A stretch of 64,000 nt of DNA from positions 64,001-128,000 of the IMG/VR virus record IMGVR_UViG_3300014208_000024, one strand, 5' to 3'. Positions 24,127-34,735 of the stretch are shown here, piece by piece (position 1 is the first letter of the stretch; every line of letters begins with the position of its first letter). Below the pieces are notes generated by a model. It saw only the letters and a program-made list of their open reading frames with translations, was not told the origin of the DNA and made no database searches. A program made the translations under genes and the position numbers. The stretch is from a virus. Lineage: Duplodnaviria > Caudoviricetes.

Positions 24127-25512
24127 TTAAATTTTTGATATCAAATATGTTGCCTCTTCGTAATTCTTTACAAAATATCCAGAATTTTCTTTAAATTCTG
24201 TTATTTTAAATAAATTGCATATTATGAGAAAATCTTTTATTTCTTTATCATTTATTTCGGTTAATTTATTATCTATTGTTTTTTTAAATTCTGAATAAAC
24301 AGGAATTTCATCGCCAGTTTTATTTATTCCAGAATTATATAAAATATCTAACAGTTTTAAATATAAGCTTTGTTTTTTTAATACATCTTCATCAATTTTT
24401 TCTATTTTATTATTAGAAGTTGTTGCCGTAAATATTCCATCAGCAACCGTATCTTGTTTTATATTAAAAATTGCGTTTTTTTCTGGTATTTCAACGATTG
24501 TTTCATTATTTTTTTCTTCTTCTACAACGACCTCTTTTGTAGAAACAATTTCTTCCACTTTTGTATCAACAACGTTTTCTTCTGTGGATATATTTTCTTC
24601 TTTTGTTTCACTTTTTTGTTCTTCTAATTTAAAATTTCCATGTTCATCAGATATATACTGCACTTTCTTTTTGAACGCCTCTTTTTTTTCTTCAATTTCT
24701 TTTAATTTTTTTTCTTCTTTTACTAATTTAACCATACCACTTGTAGCAACAATAAGTGCAATTGACAAAGGATCAAACACTATAATCAAAAGTAAAGTTA
24801 ACCAATTTACAACCGTATCCATACTAGCTCCAGTTAACTTTGAAATATATTTAAGGGGGCCAACCTCTGCTGCAACATCGCTATTTCCAATTCCTAATTT
24901 AGAAGTCTCATATTTAGCAATAGAATCATTCAAATTTTCTATTTTAGTACTTATGTTATTAACATCTATATTAAGTTTTGAAATATTTTCATCCGCTTGA
25001 CTTATTATTGTTTCTGTTTTCTTGGCAGCATTTGTCCAACCTCTTTCATATAAAGAATCAAGCCTGGCTTCTTGTCCTTTTCTAAGGTTTGTTAAAGAAA
25101 CAATTCTTTCATTTTTTGTAGTTATTTGTTCATCAAGTCTTTCCTTTTCTTCTTTCTTGATTTCTATTCTTTTGTCTAACAATTCTACGTTTCCTCCCAT
25201 TTTTTCCAAGTCTATTGAAACTTTTGAATAAGCATTAGATAAAAAACCATAAATACCCATACTTGTTATAATCATCAAAACTATAATTCCGAACAACAAA
25301 TATGCTTTTAGACCTTTTGATATTTTTTTCCAATACTGGTGAAGAAATGAGACAGTCACCACTTTTGCAAACTCTAATGTTGCTGCCATTACAATAACAG
25401 ATATTGTAGCTCCAACAAAAAGCTTTGATAATCCAAACACAGAAAAATAAGCTGCTGTAATTGCAAGCAAAGCAGCTGTAAATGCTAAAATTATTGCATA
25501 AAATTTTTTCAT
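24127..25512 (-). CDS. membrane-anchored coiled-coil phage protein
   Basis: Three N-terminal TM helices, coiled coil, AAEVGPLKY..IVFDPL, acidic tail. Confidence 0.7.
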   Translation of the reverse strand: MKKFYAIILAFTAALLAITAAYFSVFGLSKLFVGATISVIVMAATLEFAKVVTVSFLHQYWKKISKGLKAYLLFGIIVLMIITSMGIYGFLSNAYSKVSIDLEKMGGNVELLDKRIEIKKEEKERLDEQITTKNERIVSLTNLRKGQEARLDSLYERGWTNAAKKTETIISQADENISKLNIDVNNISTKIENLNDSIAKYETSKLGIGNSDVAAEVGPLKYISKLTGASMDTVVNWLTLLLIIVFDPLSIALIVATSGMVKLVKEEKKLKEIEEKKEAFKKKVQYISDEHGNFKLEEQKSETKEENISTEENVVDTKVEEIVSTKEVVVEEEKNNETIVEIPEKNAIFNIKQDTVADGIFTATTSNNKIEKIDEDVLKKQSLYLKLLDILYNSGINKTGDEIPVYSEFKKTIDNKLTEINDKEIKDFLIICNLFKITEFKENSGYFVKNYEEATYLISKI

Positions 25513-25560
25513 AAATACAAAATTAAGAAAAAACTATTATATTATAAAACAAATAGTTAA

Positions 25561-26145
25561 TTATTTTTCTCCTGGTTTAAGATCGGTGTGGGTATTTGTG
25601 CCTATTTTATATTTTATTTTAAAGTCATTGATTAACTTTTTTAAATAAATAGAGTCCCTGGCTTGGGTTTTTTCATTTGGCTTAAGATTTTCTAAATGTT
25701 TATATGTCCACTTATTTGGCTTTAATCTTCCTTTTTTATCTCTAACATAATATGGTTTTTCATTGTAAAACCAAGGTCCTTGTTTATAACTCAAATCATG
25801 TTCCTCTTTGTCTTCAATCTTTTCGTGTTCTATTTCATCACTGTATAAATGTGCATGTGGTTTACCATCATCTTCACCTTCTGTTAAATCTTTTGCTTCA
25901 TATGGCCTAAGCTCTTTAAACTCTTGTTTGTCAACCCAAACAAACAAAGGATGTTGTTCTCCATAAGAATATGCAACATACATTTTATCTAAATCTCCAA
26001 TATTTTCTCCATAAGTATGAGAACCAAGAAAATTTTCTTTTTTATTAACAAATTCATCTGCCTCTGGATTCGAAATTCTTTCTTCATCAAATTTTTGATT
26101 TATCGATTCACGTATCAACAAACGTATTTTATTTTCTATTTTCAT
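25561..26145 (-). CDS. hypothetical protein, probably late/virion
   Basis: KIRLLIRES motif; TATTTATA at 26160-26167. Confidence 0.65.
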   Translation of the reverse strand: MKIENKIRLLIRESINQKFDEERISNPEADEFVNKKENFLGSHTYGENIGDLDKMYVAYSYGEQHPLFVWVDKQEFKELRPYEAKDLTEGEDDGKPHAHLYSDEIEHEKIEDKEEHDLSYKQGPWFYNEKPYYVRDKKGRLKPNKWTYKHLENLKPNEKTQARDSIYLKKLINDFKIKYKIGTNTHTDLKPGEK

Positions 26146-26207
26146 AATAATTTTCAGTTTATAAATATAAATATTAAAAAAATATTACTTTCATAGATTT
26201 TTAAAAC

Positions 26208-26240
26208 AAAAAAGCCCCACAAATGCAGGGCTTTTTATTT
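26208..26240. terminator. intrinsic terminator
   Basis: AAAAAGCCC..GGGCTTTTT inverted repeat. Confidence 0.65.
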
Positions 26241-26252
26241 ATTTACAACGAT

Positions 26253-27080
26253 TTAGAAAGGTAAATCATCGGGAGAACCCATGTTGTTTATAAATTGTTC
26301 ATCAGACATATAGTTTCCAACTTGCTGTTGTGCTTGCTGAGCAGGTTGTTGAACAGGTTGCTGAACAGGTTGCTGAACAGGTTGCCGAACAGGTTGCCGA
26401 ACAGGTCTTTGCTGGATTGGTTTTTGATTATAAGTAGATGTTGGTTGAACAGGTTGCTGAACTGGTTGTTGGTAAACTGGTTGCTGATAAACTGGTTGTT
26501 GTTGAACAGGTTGTTGATAAACTGGTTGTTGATAAACTGGTTGTTGTTGAACAGGTTGTTGAACAGGTTGTTGAACAGGTTGTTGAACTGGTTGTTGAAC
26601 TGGTTGTTGAACTGGTTGCTGATAAACTGGCTGTTGAACAGGTTGCTGAACTGGCTGCTGATAAACAGGCTGTTGATAAACAGGTTGATTCTGAACAGGT
26701 GGTTGATAATTAGGATGTTGTCCGTTTTGTTCTTCTGCTTTTTTTCCGCCTGGCAAAAAGTGAATTTCATTCGTTACAATTTTTGTTCTGTAAACTTTTT
26801 TTCCAGCAACATCTTTATCATCATAAGATTCTGTTTTAATCTTTCCTTTGATAATAAGATGAGTTCCTTTTCTCACATAGTTAGCTATTGTATCAGAAAC
26901 TAAGTTCCAAGCTTCAATACTGTGCCACTCTGTTACTTCTTTTTTAACACCTGTTTTATCGGTGTAGTTTTCATTTGTCGCTAAACGAAATGTGCTTACT
27001 CTTGCATTTTCGTTAAAAATCTTGGTTTCTGGATCAGAACCCACTGTACCAAGTAACAATACTTCATTAATTCCATTCAT
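26253..27080 (-). CDS. ssb: single-stranded DNA-binding protein with long QPV-repeat linker
   Basis: NEVLLLGTVGSDPE, TEWH, YVRKG, C-terminal DDLPF; start MNGIN. Confidence 0.92.
   Translation of the reverse strand: MNGINEVLLLGTVGSDPETKIFNENARVSTFRLATNENYTDKTGVKKEVTEWHSIEAWNLVSDTIANYVRKGTHLIIKGKIKTESYDDKDVAGKKVYRTKIVTNEIHFLPGGKKAEEQNGQHPNYQPPVQNQPVYQQPVYQQPVQQPVQQPVYQQPVQQPVQQPVQQPVQQPVQQPVQQQPVYQQPVYQQPVQQQPVYQQPVYQQPVQQPVQPTSTYNQKPIQQRPVRQPVRQPVQQPVQQPVQQPAQQAQQQVGNYMSDEQFINNMGSPDDLPF
26340..26700 (-). repeat. 12/15-nt coding tandem repeats (QQPV, YQQPV)
   Basis: Many CAACCTGTTCAA / CCAGTTTATCAA units, which also create stop-free shadow frames. Confidence 0.85.
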
Positions 27081-27230
27081 AAAAAAATGTTTTTTATTAT
27101 TAATAATTAAAATTCTGAGCAAATATATAACCTTTTAACGAGAAAACAAAATTTTATTACCTTTTTTTTATTTATCTTTAAAAATAACTTTTTTATATTT
27201 TCTAAATATTTATATTAAAAGTGTTTCAAT

Positions 27231-29876
27231 ATGGAAAAAAAAGAAAAATTGACAAAGGAAATAGACAAAATATTGTTTTTAGCTGGCGTAAATAATATTA
27301 TAAGTGAATCAAAACACAATGACGTTATGGTTGCTGATAATGATGACATAGAAGTTGTGGATAAAGAAAAAAAACAATCTGTTGAATCAGATTCTGAAAA
27401 ATTATCTCATAGTTTTGATGATTACTTAAAAACCAAAGAGGAAGATTATTTAAATTTTCCCATGAAATATGCTATGGTTTCTGGAAATGCGGATCAATAT
27501 ATAGAAGATGTTTCTTATTTATTTATGGCACTTAAAAAACAGAACAAAACTTTTGAATATATTATAAATACAATATCGCCAGATAAAGTCAACCACATAC
27601 CAGATTTGAGAAAACTCAATCTTTCTACATCTGAATTTATAAAACTATTGGAAAACAATTTTAAAAAATCCCCACAAGGAGAATTGGATAAGATTTTTAA
27701 ATTAAACGTTGGCGATGAATTAAAACAATATCAAGACACAGAGCTTAAACAAAAAGTGTTGGCACAACACGGAGTTGAAAATGATGCAATTTATGAGAAG
27801 AAAATTGAAGAGATTAAAAGAGATTTCGCAACAGTAAGGGGAGATGAAAAAGCTATTATATCTTATAAATTCTCTTCGCCGTTAAACAATTTCAAACTAT
27901 CTCCACTTGGATTTTGGCAAATCCAATTTTTATCCAGGATAATCTCTGGAAAACCAAAAGATAAAATAGAAGCAGTAATTTTTGACAACAAATCTTACTA
28001 TACATTTTACAATAAAGCATATAGTATATTAAGAAACTTTTATTGGGCTGTTATTTTTCCATCAGCTGCTATATTAACTGGAAGACAATTTAATATAAAC
28101 CCAAACGATCACGAATTTCTAATAATGTTGGAAGTTGCACTTGATAAAGTTTTAGATAAAGTGAAAACCAGTTACGATGTAAAAGCTCAAAATTTTGGCG
28201 CCTGGGCTTTAACTGTTGCAAGAAATGCAATAATCGATCAAATCAAAAAAATGACAGATTATAATTTTCAATCAAATCATTCAACATTAGAAGCACTAAA
28301 CATGTCAAATGTAAGTTCTATATATTTTACAAAAGATATGAGCGACAGAATTCCTCAAGAGGATTTAAAAAAACAAGAAGTTGTAAAAGAAGGAGAATTA
28401 TATTTATATGAATTTAATTCACCAATTGATCTTTTTAATTTCCTACGTGATAATGAAAAAAATCAAACTGTTTTAAAATCAATTGCAAAACAAAGTAAAA
28501 GATTTTTAAATGGTATAGGTGCTTTACATTCAACAAAAAAATTTGCAGATGTATGGCCAGAAGATAAAGGCGAAGAAAGTTACGATATATATGCAAAGAA
28601 AGCAGAAGGATCAGAAAGAGATAGGATGTTTTCAGAATTATTTGATTTTTATAAAGGAATATCAAAATTTTCATTTTCAAAAGACGGATTAGAGGAAACA
28701 GAAGAATATAAATCTATAAAAGGAACAGAAGATGATGGAAGTATGTATGAAATATATTCAGACGAAGAACTTCAAGAGGCATTTGAAAGAGATATGGGAA
28801 AAGCTATTTATTATTACCAAGCAGAATTTGCAAAATCTTTTCCTTTTTTAAGTCAAAAAATTCCACAAGAAGCTATAGATAATTTTACTAAAAAATACAT
28901 TGACGTTCTACCAGAAACAACAGATGTTGAAATATCTAAAAAAAATGAAGCAAAAAAAGAACTTGAATCTTTAAAAACAAAAAACCGTGGAGATTTAGTA
29001 ACATATGCTATGTTTTTTAAAGATAAAAATATCAACAAAGGAGTTGTTGATGTTTTAGAGCCATATGTAAATTACAAATACAAAGAAGCAAGAGACCTTG
29101 AAAAAGGTGTTCCTGGTGCCATAAAATCCGAATTTACAAAATCTCAACAAGATTTAAAAACAAAAATGGAAAAAGATGCAGAAGCAAAAAATATGTATCC
29201 AAAACCAATTTATACTTTTAAAGGAAAGGATTCTGAGGTTTGGCAACAAATAGGAGTTGCTGTTTCCGCATTTAACATTCATGGTGTAGAAAAAGAGAAA
29301 AAGAAAAAGCAAATGACATATTCTCAAAGTAGAGTAGATCAATTAAAAGAAGATTTTGTTAATTATATTTCAGATTTTTATTTTAACATAAAACTATATG
29401 AGCGTACAGCAAAAGAAAAAACAAATAAACAAGTTTTTAAATTAAAAAACATTGAAAAAATTCCATTCTCAGTAAGAAAAGCTTTAATAGAAACACAACA
29501 GGGAAAAATGAATTCAGAAATGATTACTAAATTCCTTACAATAAAAAACCCTGGTGAAGATGTAATAAATTATTTAAATTATCCTGGAGGAAAAGACGAA
29601 AAGGGGAAAGAATTAAAACCAACTATAAAAGTTGACTATATTTTAAATAAATCAAAATATTTAAAAGATGAAATAGCAAAAGCTTATGATGTAGACAGAA
29701 AGGTTCAAGAATTACTATCAAAAAGAAGACCGCAAGAATTAAGAAGATTGTCTAGAATATTTTCTGGAATATCTGGAATAAATATTCAATTTGAAAACAA
29801 AGAAGTCCAATTAGACAAAATTGATGCATATTTATTGGAAATTAAACAAAACTTTATAACAAAAACCTTAATATAA
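27231..29876 (+). CDS. 881-aa protein with an embedded ECF-sigma region-2-like segment
   Basis: NFGAWALTVARNAIIDQIKK; TATTTATA at 27207-27214. Confidence 0.6.
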   Translation: MEKKEKLTKEIDKILFLAGVNNIISESKHNDVMVADNDDIEVVDKEKKQSVESDSEKLSHSFDDYLKTKEEDYLNFPMKYAMVSGNADQYIEDVSYLFMALKKQNKTFEYIINTISPDKVNHIPDLRKLNLSTSEFIKLLENNFKKSPQGELDKIFKLNVGDELKQYQDTELKQKVLAQHGVENDAIYEKKIEEIKRDFATVRGDEKAIISYKFSSPLNNFKLSPLGFWQIQFLSRIISGKPKDKIEAVIFDNKSYYTFYNKAYSILRNFYWAVIFPSAAILTGRQFNINPNDHEFLIMLEVALDKVLDKVKTSYDVKAQNFGAWALTVARNAIIDQIKKMTDYNFQSNHSTLEALNMSNVSSIYFTKDMSDRIPQEDLKKQEVVKEGELYLYEFNSPIDLFNFLRDNEKNQTVLKSIAKQSKRFLNGIGALHSTKKFADVWPEDKGEESYDIYAKKAEGSERDRMFSELFDFYKGISKFSFSKDGLEETEEYKSIKGTEDDGSMYEIYSDEELQEAFERDMGKAIYYYQAEFAKSFPFLSQKIPQEAIDNFTKKYIDVLPETTDVEISKKNEAKKELESLKTKNRGDLVTYAMFFKDKNINKGVVDVLEPYVNYKYKEARDLEKGVPGAIKSEFTKSQQDLKTKMEKDAEAKNMYPKPIYTFKGKDSEVWQQIGVAVSAFNIHGVEKEKKKKQMTYSQSRVDQLKEDFVNYISDFYFNIKLYERTAKEKTNKQVFKLKNIEKIPFSVRKALIETQQGKMNSEMITKFLTIKNPGEDVINYLNYPGGKDEKGKELKPTIKVDYILNKSKYLKDEIAKAYDVDRKVQELLSKRRPQELRRLSRIFSGISGINIQFENKEVQLDKIDAYLLEIKQNFITKTLI

Positions 29877-29880
29877 TTTT

Positions 29881-31749
29881 ATGGAACAAATTAGAAAAAT
29901 AATAAGAAAAACTTTACTTGAAAGCTATCTTTCTTCTTTAAACGAAAATCTACAAAAAGTTACTCCAGATGAAAACGATTCGTGGGGTAAGAAAACTAGA
30001 ATAGAAGGAGAAAATTGGGCTAAGTCTATGATGGAAAAAGGATCTGGTTCCACGATAACCATTAAACAAGATTTGGGAAAAAAACTAAAAACAATTGCTT
30101 ATGCAATAGAACTACTTCTTGATGCATATAAACAAGGTAGCGGAGATTATGTTTTACCAACCATCAACGAAACAATTCAAATAAACAAAATAAATATTAT
30201 AGATTCTATTACAAATGCATTTCAAGGTGTAACAGATGATGTTCTTAGAATTTTTTTAGCTGATATGGGATTAAAATATAAAGATTATGTTTGGAATGAT
30301 ATAGAAATTGAAGATGTTAGAAGAAGACCTTTTTCTGGATTTTTGAAAGATTTTGGAGCAAAATCAAGATATGCTTCATATAAAGGAATGGAATTGCCAG
30401 ATGAAGAAATAAAACAACTTTCTATTCCAAAAATGGAATATCTTATAGAAAAATATGTTAGAGATGAAATGGATAAACCAGATAGTTTCTTCTTTTCTTT
30501 TTTAGGCTTAAGGGTTAATGATGCAATTAAAAGAATTTTGTCAAATACGTCCTCTACTGAAAAAATTGATAAAGAATTAGGAAAATATGGTTTAACAAGA
30601 AATGTAAAAAAGAAAAAAGGAGATATTGGACAAGAACCAAAAACTGTTTCCTATGATAAGCCATTTGGAGATAAAGGTCAAACATTCGCAAGTACATATC
30701 AAGCTGGAACAGAAGAACAGCCAGAATTTGAACTTCCATCAGCAAGAGAAAAATCCGAAGAAGAAAAAATGGCTTCTTTAGATTTTGCAAATAAAAAAGT
30801 TTATGAACTAATAAAGTCTAAAAATCCAGTAAGAGGAGAACTTTTTATGTTAAGAGTCGTTGGGGAAAATGCCACTGATGAATTTGCTGGGACAACGAAA
30901 AACAACAAAGAAATAGCACAAATGTTTATTGATGGGAAATTATCTGAAGAAACTACAAAATTTATTAAGGATTATTTAATGGATAAAATTCAAAAACAAC
31001 AAATTTCACAAGAATATACTCCAGAAATAGCACAACAAAACAGAAGTATTATACTTGATAAAATTAAATATACATTTAATGATATTAAAAAATCTTTGTT
31101 AACTAATTTTGCAAATCCAATTACTGAAATATTATCTCAATCTTTATCTATTCCAATAGAGGAAGCAAAAATTAGACTTTCAAGTTATGCTGCAAGAATA
31201 ATGGGAGAAAAAAGTGGTGAAAAAGGCCAAATTTCAAACAAATTGAAAGAACAAAAAAGAGCTGCAAGGAAATTAAAGGCTACAATAACTTTTCTTATTA
31301 GAAAAAAACAAAAAATACAGGATTATAAAAAAGCAACAAAATTAATTAATCCAGAAACTTTTAGACAATTCTTCGCAGGAGATACTTATTACGAAAAACT
31401 TCAAAATACACATAGTGGTTTTACAGAAAATTTAATGGATTACATAACTGACAAAAAAAACATACAAGATGCAGCTCAACAACTTGCTTATTTTAATGAC
31501 CAATTAAAAGATTTAGGAGACCCAGATGCGCTTGAATTTGCTAATTTTTCTGGAGGTTATGATGAAGAAAAATATGGAAAAGAAGATTTATATGAAGGAA
31601 TAATGTTAGAGGAAACGGATGATGATAATTTTAAATTTAACACATACGAGTTAAAAAAATTAGCAAATGATCTTTTTTTTGAATCTCAAATCCATGAAGC
31701 TAGGAAGATTATAAGAAACACCTTGATTTCAGAATATCTTAAAAAATAG
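29881..31749 (+). CDS. 622-aa protein with a possible sigma region-4-like HTH
   Basis: RGELFMLR..NNKEIAQMF; IRKIIR motifs at both termini. Confidence 0.55.
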   Translation: MEQIRKIIRKTLLESYLSSLNENLQKVTPDENDSWGKKTRIEGENWAKSMMEKGSGSTITIKQDLGKKLKTIAYAIELLLDAYKQGSGDYVLPTINETIQINKINIIDSITNAFQGVTDDVLRIFLADMGLKYKDYVWNDIEIEDVRRRPFSGFLKDFGAKSRYASYKGMELPDEEIKQLSIPKMEYLIEKYVRDEMDKPDSFFFSFLGLRVNDAIKRILSNTSSTEKIDKELGKYGLTRNVKKKKGDIGQEPKTVSYDKPFGDKGQTFASTYQAGTEEQPEFELPSAREKSEEEKMASLDFANKKVYELIKSKNPVRGELFMLRVVGENATDEFAGTTKNNKEIAQMFIDGKLSEETTKFIKDYLMDKIQKQQISQEYTPEIAQQNRSIILDKIKYTFNDIKKSLLTNFANPITEILSQSLSIPIEEAKIRLSSYAARIMGEKSGEKGQISNKLKEQKRAARKLKATITFLIRKKQKIQDYKKATKLINPETFRQFFAGDTYYEKLQNTHSGFTENLMDYITDKKNIQDAAQQLAYFNDQLKDLGDPDALEFANFSGGYDEEKYGKEDLYEGIMLEETDDDNFKFNTYELKKLANDLFFESQIHEARKIIRNTLISEYLKK

Positions 31750-31794
31750 AAACTTTTTGTAAAATATTTCGTATAGTATAAAAAACACAATATT

Positions 31795-31977
31795 ATGGCA
31801 GATTTATTTGACAACAAAAATTTACAAAAGGGTTATTTAGACAACATTAATGACGTTGTTTTCTTATTAAAAAGAGGATATTCTCCAAATCGTTTATTGG
31901 TATTCTATAAAGTGTCTGATAACATCTTAACTTATCTACTTGCTTTAATGGCTACGTCTCCACTAAGAAGTAATTAA
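31795..31977 (+). CDS. small hypothetical protein
   Basis: 60 aa ORF followed by a terminator. Confidence 0.55.
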   Translation: MADLFDNKNLQKGYLDNINDVVFLLKRGYSPNRLLVFYKVSDNILTYLLALMATSPLRSN

Positions 31978-32012
31978 TAAAAAACCCCCATGTTAAAGTG
32001 GGGGTTTTTTTA
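31978..32012. terminator. bidirectional terminator
   Basis: AAAAACCCCCA-TGTTAAAG-TGGGGTTTTTTT. Confidence 0.7.
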
Positions 32013-32253
32013 TGAATTTTTCTTTATAAACAATCACTGGCTTGAAGTCTGCATTTTCAACCAACTTCCAATTTCCGTCATTTTGTAATTTGTACATATT
32101 TAAATTGGAATCAAATCTTAAAAGCTTATCATAATTAAGATTTTCTAAAATTCTGTTATCTTTTAAACTTTTTACTCGAATTATTGGAATATCTTCATAT
32201 TGCAACTTTTCTTCAAACATTTTATCTACCTTTTCATAAAATTTATTACTCAT
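31993..32253 (-). CDS. hypothetical protein
   Basis: Start MSNKF overlaps the Nudix stop. Confidence 0.6.
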   Translation of the reverse strand: MSNKFYEKVDKMFEEKLQYEDIPIIRVKSLKDNRILENLNYDKLLRFDSNLNMYKLQNDGNWKLVENADFKPVIVYKEKFIKKPPL

Positions 32254-32713
32254 AATTTTTATTTTTAAATTTATTAACAACTTTTTCAATCGATTCTCTT
32301 TTTATATCAAGAATTTCAATTATGGATGGAATAATATTTTCTTCGTAATCCCACTTACAAGTGAGTGGGAACCAACCAAAATCTAAATTTTCTTTTCCAC
32401 ACTTACATTCTCCTTTTAAATTTGGAACAAATTCCCATGGCAAAATACAAATATATGTATAAAAATCTATATGATTTGTTTTTTCTACATATATTGGTTG
32501 TTTTGATACTTTTATTGGTCCATCATATCCAGTTTCTTCTCTAAGTTCTCTAATGGCCGTTTTTTTTGGATAGACATCTTTTTCTTCGAAATTTCCACCA
32601 ACAATTCCCCAATATCCAGGATAAACCACATCATCTCTTCTTTTTAACATTAAGAACCTATTTGTTTCTGGACAAATTGCTAATGCCCCAGCTGCTATAA
32701 TTTTTTGTTCCAT
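32246..32713 (-). CDS. Nudix hydrolase
   Basis: GGNFEEKD...TAIRELREETG Nudix box. Confidence 0.88.
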   Translation of the reverse strand: MEQKIIAAGALAICPETNRFLMLKRRDDVVYPGYWGIVGGNFEEKDVYPKKTAIRELREETGYDGPIKVSKQPIYVEKTNHIDFYTYICILPWEFVPNLKGECKCGKENLDFGWFPLTCKWDYEENIIPSIIEILDIKRESIEKVVNKFKNKNYE

Positions 32714-32736
32714 ATTGTTTTTTAAAATAAATATGG

Positions 32737-34254
32737 TTAAAAATCATAAAGCATATAGAACAACCCATGTCTTGCTCTTGATACTGCAACATAATGAATA
32801 TTTCTCGGTTCCACATTTTCTTCTTCGTTAGGGTCAAATGTTAATCTAAAAAGTTGCTTTGGAGATAAAACTTTATTTAATCCAATTTCTTTTATTAATT
32901 CTGGATCTATAGAATTTACTACAACACAATAATCAAACTCTCTTCCTTTGCTTTTATGAATAGATGTAATGAGTTTTTTACTTGTTTTATTTTCTTCAAT
33001 AAAAGTAAAAATTGCCATCTCGCTATCATTAAAATGTGGCTTTAACCTATTTAACCTTTCTTGTAAATTAACATGAACGTTTCCCTTTTTATATTCAACA
33101 AAATCACTATTTGTTATATAATTAAAATACCTCATTGGATATTTTAATTTCAAAAGTTCAAATTCAAGATGTTTTATTGCAGAATTTGTTCTAACCAAAA
33201 CTGCAACTTCAGAATAAGTATTAAGTACAGTAACTAAATCTAAATTTTTCTTTTCCCCATTTTCTCCTTTAGGTGCCTCTATTTGAAACATTATATATTT
33301 TTGAACAAATCCATCCTCTTTACTATTTGGTTCTGCCTTAAGCGAGGAAAAACGGTTAGAATTAATGATTATGTTCTTGTCACTTCTAAAATTAACAGTC
33401 AAAGTTTTTTCAATCGTTTCCCTTCTTCCCTTTAACATATCCTCTATTTTTTTACAATTAGTTCCACTGAACCCAAATATTGATTGATTTCTATCGCCTA
33501 TAAGATAATAATATTTTGCATTTAAGGACAATAAAATCTGCAATTGAATTGTGCTTGTGTCTTGATATTCGTCAACAAAAATGTAATCATATTGCCCTCT
33601 AAACATTTTTAACCACTTATCTTCTTTTAATAAATTGTTTACTTCTATAAGCATGTCAGAAAAGTCTCTACTCCTTTTTTCTCTTAAAAATTCATTATAT
33701 TGAGAAAGATATGCTGGAACTTGACATCTAATTCCATCGGCAGTTTGCAACTTAAATGCAGATATTGCAGAAGAAATATAATCAGCCTCTTCATAAAGAT
33801 TCCCTATGAGTTCATAAAACTCAGCTTTTGTTTCACGTGAAGCTGATGTGCCTGGTTTGTATTTTTCCTTGTACCATTTTATAAAATCATGAAAAGTTAT
33901 AATAGACTTAAACTTTCCAGCTTTTGCCAAAATACCCAATGCAAAAGCATGAATGGTTGTTATTTTTACATCGTCACGACCAATTCTTTTTTGAAGTTCT
34001 TCTGTTGCCGCTTTTGTGTAACTGAAAAATATCATTTTTTCAGGAGGAACTCCACGTTTTAAAAGAGCTTTAAGTCTTTGAACTACAGAAAATGTTTTTC
34101 CAGAACCTGCAGTTGCAACAAGTGTTACAGATTTTTTTCCATCATAGTCAACGAAATCCTTTTGCTCCTCAGTATAATTAACTCTATCTAAAGTATTAAT
34201 AAAACTTAATTGACCTTCTTCTTCTGGAGTTAACTTTTTCTTTCTTTTTGCCAT
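32737..34254 (-). CDS. UvrD/Rep-like SF1 helicase
   Basis: ATAGSGKT, FVDEYQD, IGDRNQSIFGF, NFRS, SIHKSKGREF, YVAVSRA. Confidence 0.9.
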   Translation of the reverse strand: MAKRKKKLTPEEEGQLSFINTLDRVNYTEEQKDFVDYDGKKSVTLVATAGSGKTFSVVQRLKALLKRGVPPEKMIFFSYTKAATEELQKRIGRDDVKITTIHAFALGILAKAGKFKSIITFHDFIKWYKEKYKPGTSASRETKAEFYELIGNLYEEADYISSAISAFKLQTADGIRCQVPAYLSQYNEFLREKRSRDFSDMLIEVNNLLKEDKWLKMFRGQYDYIFVDEYQDTSTIQLQILLSLNAKYYYLIGDRNQSIFGFSGTNCKKIEDMLKGRRETIEKTLTVNFRSDKNIIINSNRFSSLKAEPNSKEDGFVQKYIMFQIEAPKGENGEKKNLDLVTVLNTYSEVAVLVRTNSAIKHLEFELLKLKYPMRYFNYITNSDFVEYKKGNVHVNLQERLNRLKPHFNDSEMAIFTFIEENKTSKKLITSIHKSKGREFDYCVVVNSIDPELIKEIGLNKVLSPKQLFRLTFDPNEEENVEPRNIHYVAVSRARHGLFYMLYDF

Positions 34255-34326
34255 TTTTATTTTTTTAATGTACAAATATATTAAAAAGTTAGCACACACA
34301 AAAGAAAAACAAAGATTTTTTGTAAT

Positions 34327-34731
34327 TTACTTATTAATTTTTTGACATTCTTTAATCAAACCAAAAACATAGTTCCTGCTAAAAATTACCATCATTTCTG
34401 CATGTGCATCAATATGTTGGAAATATTTTTCCGAAATGGGTAAAAAATCTTTATAAAAATTCTCAAGTTTTTCCATTATTTCGTTCACATTTATCATTAA
34501 AAAAACATCTTCTGGTTTAATTCCCCTCCAGTTGTCTTTTTGCATACAATATAACCTGTGTTCTTTATCTGGTGAAAGTATAAGACATGATATATACCTT
34601 ATTACTCCAAAATAACTGCTTTTTTCTTGATCTTTAATTGAATTGAAATCAACTTTATCATAAAGCTCTTTAATTCTGTTTCTAAATTCTCCACTTAGAC
34701 CTTCCAACATATTCTCTTTTAATTCTTCCAT
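34327..34731 (-). CDS. hypothetical protein
   Basis: 134 aa ORF within the operon. Confidence 0.6.
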   Translation of the reverse strand: MEELKENMLEGLSGEFRNRIKELYDKVDFNSIKDQEKSSYFGVIRYISCLILSPDKEHRLYCMQKDNWRGIKPEDVFLMINVNEIMEKLENFYKDFLPISEKYFQHIDAHAEMMVIFSRNYVFGLIKECQKINK

Positions 34732-34735
34732 AGTT

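Noticed and set aside
26288-26903. Three long alternative-frame ORFs over ssb
   Set aside because: Stop-free shadows of the 12/15-nt coding repeats; their translations are low-complexity.
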